Shown here: positions 8,465-14,814 of the stretch, piece after piece
Numbering within the stretch: position 1 is the first letter of the stretch
Layout: each line of letters opens with the position of its first letter
From: a virus
DNA length: 15,124 nucleotides
UHGV virus genome: UHGV-0073333
Strand: one strand, 5' to 3'
Translations under genes and position numbers: made by a program
The notes under the pieces: model-generated
Database searches by the model: none
What the model was told of the DNA's origin: nothing
What the model saw: the letters and a program-made list of their open reading frames with translations, nothing else

Positions 8465-10143
8465 TGGCTAAAGCATGGAAAGATGTTATCGCTTCTCCAC
8501 AGTATCAGGCGTTAGCACCAGAACAAAAAGCGCAGGCTCAAGAGCAATACTTCAATGAAGTCGTGGCCCCGCAAGCCGGAGAAAGTGTAGAGCAGGCTAA
8601 GCAGGCTTTTTATGCTGCCTATCCACTACCATCAACGAATGAAATAGACCGATCCCAATCAGCAACTCAAAATATTCAACATACATCATCTGATAATTCT
8701 CTTGCGTCAGGGTATGCAAAGTTAGCTACTCAGCAAAGAGAGGGGCTTGAGCGTTCAGCAGAACAGGGAGCCAGTCTTGGGGCTGCGATGCGCGATGCTA
8801 TAACAGGCGAAAGCCGAATGACTCCAGAGATGGAGAGACTGCAAAATGTCGCCTCTGCCCCAGAATTGAACTCACTAAGCATGGATGCCCTAAAGGCTGG
8901 ATGGTCTCAACTTTTCGGCTCTGACGCGTCTCAGGAAAAGATTCTTCAGGGAATGGGGGCGACATTAAGGCAGGATGAGAAGGGGAATACTATCGTTTCT
9001 CTGCCATCAGGTGATTATGCCCTGAACAAGCCGGGTTTATCACCGCAAGACCTGACTTCGTTTCTTGCTAATGCGTTGGCGTTTACACCAGCGGGCAGGG
9101 CTGGAACGGTGCTTGGTGCCATAGGAAAATCAGCAGCTACAGATTTAGCACTACAGGGAGCCACCAGCCTTGCTGGTGGAGAAGATATTGATCCGTTACA
9201 AACGGTAATTTCTGCTGGCATTGGTGGTATTGGTAAGGGGCTGGAAAATACAGCGAGTGCGGTTTCGAGGGCTGTTCGTGGTGATATGTCGCCTGAAGCA
9301 AAGGCTGCTGTCGACTTTGCATCGGAAAGAAATCTGCCGTTAATGACCAGTGACATGCTGAAAGATAAAACCTTTATGCAGAGTCAGGCTCAGACATTAG
9401 GCGAAAGAGTTCCTTTTTTTGGAACCGGTAAGAATCGGCTGAATCAACAACAAGCACGAGAAAATTTAGTCAGAACATTTAGCGATGGTCTGGGTGGCAT
9501 TTCTGATAAACAGCTTTATGAATCTGCGACTAAAGGGCAACAAAAATTCATTGAGGCAGCAGGAAAGCGATATAACCGCATAATTGACGCTATGGGGGAT
9601 ACCCCTGTCGATCTCTCAAACACGGTAAAAGCTATCGACAATCAGATTGCCGTGTTAAGCCGCCCGGGCAAATCTCAGGATAGAGCCGCGGTAAAAGTCT
9701 TGCAGCAATTTAAAGACGATATCACCAGCGGACCAAATGACCTGCGTCTGGCGAGGGAAAACAGAACCGATCTTCGAAAGCGATTTATGGCGTCATCTGA
9801 CACTGTTGATAAAGATACGCTCCAGAAAGCCAGCGATATTATCTACAAGGCATATACGGCGGATATGAAAAAAGCCGTAGCCAAAAATCTTGGAGCAGAC
9901 GAAGCCATTAATATGGCAAGGGTTGATCGCTCATGGTCTAAATTCAATGACATGATGGGAAGAACGCGCGTTCAAAAGGCAATAGCCAGCGGCAAGGCCA
10001 CGCCTGAGGATGTAACAAAACTCGTTTTTAGCCAAAGCCCATCAGAACGTTCTCAGCTTTACAGGCTTCTGGGTGACAATGGTAGGGAAAAAGCACCAGC
10101 AGCCATAGCTGCTGCGTTAGGCAAAACGCACGAGCGGCCATAG
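8464..10143 (+). CDS. Low-complexity Ala/Gln-rich protein (559 aa); ejection/internal virion protein-like (gp16-like by position)
   Basis: ORF track; ATG 8464 overlaps upstream stop (TAATG), GGGGTG Shine-Dalgarno-like sequence at 8451-8456. Confidence 0.78.
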   Translation: MAKAWKDVIASPQYQALAPEQKAQAQEQYFNEVVAPQAGESVEQAKQAFYAAYPLPSTNEIDRSQSATQNIQHTSSDNSLASGYAKLATQQREGLERSAEQGASLGAAMRDAITGESRMTPEMERLQNVASAPELNSLSMDALKAGWSQLFGSDASQEKILQGMGATLRQDEKGNTIVSLPSGDYALNKPGLSPQDLTSFLANALAFTPAGRAGTVLGAIGKSAATDLALQGATSLAGGEDIDPLQTVISAGIGGIGKGLENTASAVSRAVRGDMSPEAKAAVDFASERNLPLMTSDMLKDKTFMQSQAQTLGERVPFFGTGKNRLNQQQARENLVRTFSDGLGGISDKQLYESATKGQQKFIEAAGKRYNRIIDAMGDTPVDLSNTVKAIDNQIAVLSRPGKSQDRAAVKVLQQFKDDITSGPNDLRLARENRTDLRKRFMASSDTVDKDTLQKASDIIYKAYTADMKKAVAKNLGADEAINMARVDRSWSKFNDMMGRTRVQKAIASGKATPEDVTKLVFSQSPSERSQLYRLLGDNGREKAPAAIAAALGKTHERP

Positions 10144-10604
10144 TTCAGAATGCTGTAGATAAGGCGACTGATCCGTCTGGAAATATCAGTGTTGAGAAGT
10201 TTATTAATGCGTTACACCGGAACAGGAAGCAATCAGCAACTTTCTTTAAAGGCGTACATGGAAAGGAACTGGACGGCGTTATTAAATACCTCAACGATAC
10301 AAGACACGCGGCAAAAGCGAACGTTCAAAACTTAAATGGTCAGCAGCTTTATGGATTGTTAGTTGGTGGTGGCATCATAAACGCAGCAGTATTAGCGGGG
10401 ATGCTAAAAACGGCTGCGTTTGTTGTTCCTGCTGCTGGTGCCGTAGGCGGAGCAGCGAAGGCATACGAAAGCCCTGTTATACGAAATGCCTTGTTACGTC
10501 TGGCAAATACGCCAAAAGGTAGCACAGCATATGACAGAGCGATCAGTACGGTCACACAATCGCTCACCAGAGTCGCACAGGCATCACAAAAAGAAGCTCA
10601 ATAA
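10086..10604 (+). other. Open frame of 172 codons with no canonical start, overlapping the 3' end of the 559-aa gene; probable frameshifted C-terminal extension or frameshift-disrupted gene
   Basis: Stop-free from 10086 to TAA 10602-10604; first ATG/GTG/TTG only at 10356; operon terminator sits after 10604, not after 10143; encodes a Gly/Ala-rich hydrophobic segment. Confidence 0.45.
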
Positions 10605-10606
10605 CT

Positions 10607-10631
10607 GGTTAGCCACGGATGGCTAATTTTT
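10607..10631 (+). terminator. Rho-independent terminator of the plus-strand cargo operon
   Basis: Stem TTAGCCA (10609-10615) / TGGCTAA (10620-10626), loop CGGA, then TTTTT at 10627-10631. Confidence 0.55.
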
Positions 10632-11042
10632 GTTCTTTGCTCTCATCCACAGGTAAAGAAGGGCAAGAACAAGACAAAAAACAGAGAATAGATAACCTAC
10701 CTCATATGATGCGCCAAAAAAATTAGCTATTGATACGGGCAAAAAAGCTGAAGCGATCAAAATTGAAAGGCAAAAAATAAGACCAGTAATATAGTTTATT
10801 AAATTCTTAAATGAGAAACGTTTTGCTTGATTTATGGTCTTAGCGAACGATCGCTTAACGACGGATAAAAGCAAATAGATGGCGACAGTTGCTAATGCCC
10901 CTTTCCACCAGTCTGGATATAGTTTTGCGACAATCAGACCAAGGAAAACCATGATGACAGCCTGAGCATTCACACCAACCCTCCCTTTAGCGTTGTTTAG
11001 ATTGGCAATCATCATATATCCAAGACATGGCATTTGGTACAT
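10623..11042 (-). CDS. Small inner-membrane protein (about 139 aa, about 4 hydrophobic helices); start uncertain
   Basis: ORF track 10623..11210 begins at a TTG; first ATG is at 11042; strongly hydrophobic; AT-rich; no clear Shine-Dalgarno sequence. Confidence 0.5.
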   Translation of the reverse strand: MYQMPCLGYMMIANLNNAKGRVGVNAQAVIMVFLGLIVAKLYPDWWKGALATVAIYLLLSVVKRSFAKTINQAKRFSFKNLINYITGLIFCLSILIASAFLPVSIANFFGASYEVGYLFSVFCLVLALLYLWMRAKNKN

Positions 11043-11165
11043 AGCTTGGGTCGGGATTTCAAATCCGCCCCCGTTGATGGGGTCGTTACAGTACGCGCAT
11101 ATCCGCTTTATGTGAAACAGGAAGATTTTTCTGATATCACTGCCACAGCAAAACACCAATTTCGA

Positions 11166-11181
11166 GACAAGTACGCGCGCG
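11166..11181. repeat. 16-bp direct repeat GACAAGTACGCGCGCG, copy 1
   Basis: Exact copy at 11452-11467; partial third copy ACAGTACGCGCA at 11088-11099. Confidence 0.6.
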
Positions 11182-11451
11182 AGGGGTATCAGTTGCAAAA
11201 AATTTTGCAACTACGTCCGACCAATACACACACGATGGCGGGGGATACCATAAAACTGTTCTCTACATGAGACAGAGTGGTGGTGATGTGTTGATTATCG
11301 GCCTATATGCGCACAGGACGCGCTATGACAATGTTTTATGCGGGTACACCAATCACATGTATCTGGTGTGATAAATCGCGTTACATGACCTTTCATGTTG
11401 TGCTGGTGGTTATCACGACGTTCTGAATCTGGCTTTTGTCTGATATTTTGC

Positions 11452-11467
11452 GACAAGTACGCGCGCG
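11452..11467. repeat. 16-bp direct repeat GACAAGTACGCGCGCG, copy 2
   Basis: Exact match to 11166-11181, 286 bp apart, in a non-coding region. Confidence 0.6.
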
Positions 11468-11804
11468 TAACATCGAAATTATCGGATGGCGTATGTTGCT
11501 GGCAAGATAAAGTCGGCGTAATACAAAGGCGTTACTTGATAGCAGCAAGATTACAACAATGGTTGTTGAATTTGAGCGATGTAAGGAATTGATTTAGGGA
11601 GGCGCTGATGGCTAAAAAGTTCCACTACCAGCGGATGAATGCGCCAGCGATGGCCGTTTGGTAGTAAAAGAGGAGCCATTCCTCAATCAGTTGAATACAT
11701 TATGCCAACTAAATGGGTGGGGGCACTGTGTGGGTATTCAGCGGTGACGGTATTTTTTAAGCCAAGGACTATCCGTAGCAGGGGGACTCATTTTGAAATA
11801 TTTA

Positions 11805-12242
11805 TCATATGTAACTTATTATTTTAGATAAAGATTTCCAGTTAAAGAAAAAAGTTATCATTGATATAATCAAATATGCCCCTGCGAGTAGCAGGGCATA
11901 ATAATCCAGAGGCAGATTGCTGACAACAGGGGCAAACATCGAGATCATTGCTAATAGGCAGGCTGTGATCAGCGTAGTTCCTGTATCAAAAAGCCCCTCA
12001 ATAATGCCTTTTAGTACTCCGTTACTTTTTAGAGCGCCTACAATTCCCTTTGAACTATCAAAGCTACTTAGCATGGTGACTGATGCCAAAACAAAACCAA
12101 AGAGAACTCCAGAAATAGTTGAAAGAGCACCAGCAGCCGAAATGACAGCATTGTGATCTAGGTCGTGTAAAAAATGGGCACCAGCAATAGCCATAGCTAG
12201 AGCAAACAATGACTTGGCAGCAAACAATTTCCGAGAACTCAT
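11805..12242 (-). CDS. Small membrane protein (145 aa, 3-4 hydrophobic helices); second gene of the two-gene cargo operon
   Basis: ORF track; ATG with AGGA 7 nt upstream, 12 nt after the stop of the 361-aa gene; AT-rich. Confidence 0.75.
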   Translation of the reverse strand: MSSRKLFAAKSLFALAMAIAGAHFLHDLDHNAVISAAGALSTISGVLFGFVLASVTMLSSFDSSKGIVGALKSNGVLKGIIEGLFDTGTTLITACLLAMISMFAPVVSNLPLDYYALLLAGAYLIISMITFFFNWKSLSKIISYI

Positions 12243-12254
12243 AATGTATTCCTG

Positions 12255-13340
12255 TTACGTTTGACTAACCAAATAGTACTGGGTTAGATACCTAAGGTTG
12301 TCATTCTTTGCTTGTAGCATAGCATTTTTAACGTCAGTATCGGTCGGATACCCATCTGCTTGGATAGGCACCATCTTCTTTACCGTAAGAACTTCGTCTA
12401 CAAGACTTTTCTTCTTTTTATCGCCCTGAGCAACAACATTTGCTTTCTCAAAAGTTAAACGACCATCACCACCAGGGAACTTTTCTAGCATCTCCTTAAG
12501 GCTTTTTTTAACGTCATCCTCAAGCCATCCCTTTGCTTTTCTTTTTAATGGAGAATGTCCGCGTAACGAAATAGTCAGGTGGCTTGAACTGGTGCCTCTG
12601 ATCATCTCAATCATCTGATTCGCGAACATTCCATCGAGTTGATACTGTGCGGCATTGAAGTTTCTTGGGATGGCCACAGAAATCTCGCAGCTTCTTAGAT
12701 TGGATCCAGTTTCGAGTAGTTCTTTGATGCTTTCTTCTTTCCAAATGGCTTCAAAAGAAACAGGGACTCCGCGATCACTGGAGTTGAAAAGAAGGAAGGC
12801 TAAGTCACTATGGCGTGGACCTAAATGATTTAAAGACAATACTAGAATGTCTGTCTGAGGATAATAAATAAAGTATGTACGTTCTGAAAGAGTCTTTGCC
12901 CCGGCTAGAGGGATTTTCTCTTCCACCCACTCTTTATCTGTAATATATGCCAGTGTTGCGCTTTTTCTTCTTCGAGACATGAATCCGAAGTAGGAGCCAT
13001 CCTCGGGTGAGATGTCTAGAAAATGAATTTTAAGTTCTCTTTCACCAAAGTCTGCATAGTGGGTCATCTTGAAGTCTTTAGAACACCGATCATACAGATT
13101 TTTAAAGGCCTCTGCGGTTAACCCCTTGTTACTAGTGCGAATATTCTCAGAGCTTGTGTAAAAGCCCACCCTTACAGATTTCAAACTTTGATCTTTTGGT
13201 GCCACAGTCATTTGAGCTCCATTGTACTCTGCGATAGTTTTTGCACACCTTGAAATCAAAATCTCCATGTCAGTCACGAGAAAATAACTATGGATGAAAC
13301 CCATCAAAGGCATTGAATACAGGTGGCTTTTGAGAATCAT
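12255..13340 (-). CDS. Hypothetical soluble protein (361 aa), no recognisable catalytic motif; first gene of the two-gene cargo operon
   Basis: ORF track; about 40% GC by eye and AGA/AGG arginine codons suggest horizontal acquisition. Confidence 0.8.
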   Translation of the reverse strand: MILKSHLYSMPLMGFIHSYFLVTDMEILISRCAKTIAEYNGAQMTVAPKDQSLKSVRVGFYTSSENIRTSNKGLTAEAFKNLYDRCSKDFKMTHYADFGERELKIHFLDISPEDGSYFGFMSRRRKSATLAYITDKEWVEEKIPLAGAKTLSERTYFIYYPQTDILVLSLNHLGPRHSDLAFLLFNSSDRGVPVSFEAIWKEESIKELLETGSNLRSCEISVAIPRNFNAAQYQLDGMFANQMIEMIRGTSSSHLTISLRGHSPLKRKAKGWLEDDVKKSLKEMLEKFPGGDGRLTFEKANVVAQGDKKKKSLVDEVLTVKKMVPIQADGYPTDTDVKNAMLQAKNDNLRYLTQYYLVSQT

Positions 13341-13689
13341 CCTAACCTGGTGACGGTGGTTCGCATATCCTGATGGATGATCAGTGATTAATCAATGCGC
13401 CAAGCAGATGTGTCTATGTGTTTGTTAATCATTGCATGACAGTAGATCGACATGGGAGATCACGTTATATAGTTGAATTGTTAGGATATCCATGCACCGA
13501 TCAACTGACTAGGCTGATGTGCTTTTTAGCAGGTGCCATATAGTAGTTAGGCGGTTCTGTGAAATGATTACTGTTCCAGCATAACTGCGGCATAAAGCGG
13601 TGCTATATAAGCTATTTGCTGGCGGATTTAGTCTTCACCGTTCATATATGTAGTGACTATTTGACAGAGTGTTAGTTCACGGACACTTT

Positions 13690-13795
13690 TTGTTGGTTCA
13701 AAATGAGTTGATGTTGGTTCAATATTTTAGAAAAAACACAATAAAAACAACGCTCTTTACAAATTGAACCAACTGAACCAACTGAACCAACACCT
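13690..13795. repeat. Iteron cluster B (inverted copy of cluster A); ori/crr-like
   Basis: GTTGGTTCA at 13692-13700 and 13713-13721; three tandem TGAACCAAC at 13765-13791; 13753-13794 is the exact reverse complement of 5195-5236. Confidence 0.75.
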
Positions 13796-13827
13796 TTTTG
13801 CTTATCTATATAATCTGAGAGGCAGAA

Positions 13828-14115
13828 ATGATAAGGGACAGGAAAGCTGAAGAGCTGGAGTCAAAAGGGCTATACCGGAGAGCTGCCGCACGATGGGCAG
13901 AAGTCATGATGCTGGCAAATGGCGATAAAGAACGTGAACATGCAGCAAACAGGCGCTCTGAATGTATCCGTAAGGCGGCACGCCCACCAGCAACTACAGA
14001 CAGATTCGGAGATTTAAGACAGGCAGTTAAGCGAACTCATTCGGCTCTTGGTATGGATGAGGAAGCGAGAGGGTACTTCAGGCGTTATCGCGATAAAGAT
14101 TGCCAGAGACAGTAA
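13828..14115 (+). CDS. Small basic protein (95 aa), PerC-like transcriptional regulator (family assignment tentative)
   Basis: ATG 13828 with GAGAGG at 13817-13822; TATAAT at 13809-13814; N-terminal pattern AEELESKGLYRRAAARW recalls the PerC/Pch family. Confidence 0.6.
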   Translation: MIRDRKAEELESKGLYRRAAARWAEVMMLANGDKEREHAANRRSECIRKAARPPATTDRFGDLRQAVKRTHSALGMDEEARGYFRRYRDKDCQRQ

Positions 14116-14170
14116 TGCTCTCTCTGTTTTGGCAAATTACCCTTCACTTTGAAGGGAGCGGAGCTATAAA

Positions 14171-14413
14171 AATGGTTTTAGGTACATTCCTCAAATTGAG
14201 GTTTCCGAAAATATCAGCGGGTTAGCGATTAATCTGGCGAGTAATTAAACTGCGAAAATTTCGTAGGGGGTTACGAAAATTTCGTAGGTCTACTCATGGT
14301 TTAGGCTTACTTTCCCGACATCCCCCAATGGGGGGGTCGAAATAATCAATGGGTTAGGCTTACCTCCCCCCATTTCCTGCATTGCAGGTTTTCGAAAGAA
14401 TCAATGGGTTAGG
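14171..14413. repeat. Four direct copies of ATGG(G)TT(T)AGG in the integrase-upstream region; candidate arm-type or operator sites
   Basis: Copies at 14171-14185, 14295-14310, 14344-14358, 14399-14413; the last two are an identical 15-mer AATCAATGGGTTAGG 55 bp apart. Confidence 0.5.
14253..14288. promoter_or_regulatory. Tandem palindromic operator-like sites CGAAAATTTCGTAGG x2, 21-bp period
   Basis: Exact 15-mers at 14253-14267 and 14274-14288; same core as the palindrome at 5418-5434. Confidence 0.4.
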
Positions 14414-14814
14414 TCATCGTGCAAATTTGCACTCTGCCAGCCAACGCAATTTCTCGTTGGCGGAAATATCAGGTATTTACTGAACGAACGGTCTACCCGC
14501 CTGTTCAACTACCAGTTGTACATGGCTGCTTTATGTGCAAATGGTGGTGAGAGAAAATTGTTTGGGGGTACTTTTGGGGGTATCTCCAAAGATGTAATGG
14601 GGAAATGTCTTTATATATCAATGTATTTTTATTGTTTGTTTTGTTCCTATTATCGCACCATTCTAACGTCTCCCCAAGTCTACTCAAGTATTTAAAAACC
14701 TCTTATAATCAGTATATTAATGCCCCTTTTAGTCTTTTGACGTCTATTTAAGTACCCCAAACTCTACAAGCAATTGAGGGGATTTGCTGTTCAGTTTAGT
14801 GGAGATACCCCCAA

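Noticed and set aside
6035-9356. Embedded ORFs within the ejection-like genes (6035..6217, 6092..6346, 6622..6807, 7172..7585, 7182..7433, 7446..7697, 7867..8079, 9015..9356, 9137..9322)
   Set aside because: Entirely overlapped by longer, translationally coupled genes; no independent start signals.
10623-11210. Full-length 195-aa version of the membrane-protein ORF
   Set aside because: The N-terminal 56 codons begin at a TTG, are not hydrophobic and overlap palindromes and repeats; start at ATG 11042 preferred, though still uncertain.
11034-11827. Plus-strand ORFs 11034..11270, 11395..11592, 11639..11827
   Set aside because: No ribosome-binding sites; TTG or unsupported starts; the shared DKYAR peptide is a by-product of the GACAAGTACGCGCGCG DNA repeat.
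11917-12156. Plus-strand ORF (79 aa) antisense to the 145-aa membrane-protein gene
   Set aside because: Antisense shadow ORF of a hydrophobic protein gene.
5195-13795. Inverted repeats as transposon terminal inverted repeats (composite transposon)
   Set aside because: Each repeat is an internally symmetric iteron array rather than a terminal inverted repeat; no transposase or serine-recombinase gene in between; no flanking target-site duplication seen.
14116-14814. tRNA gene expected upstream of a P4-type integrase
   Set aside because: No T-arm (GGTTCGAATCC-like) or cloverleaf-compatible sequence found by eye; needs tRNAscan-SE to confirm.
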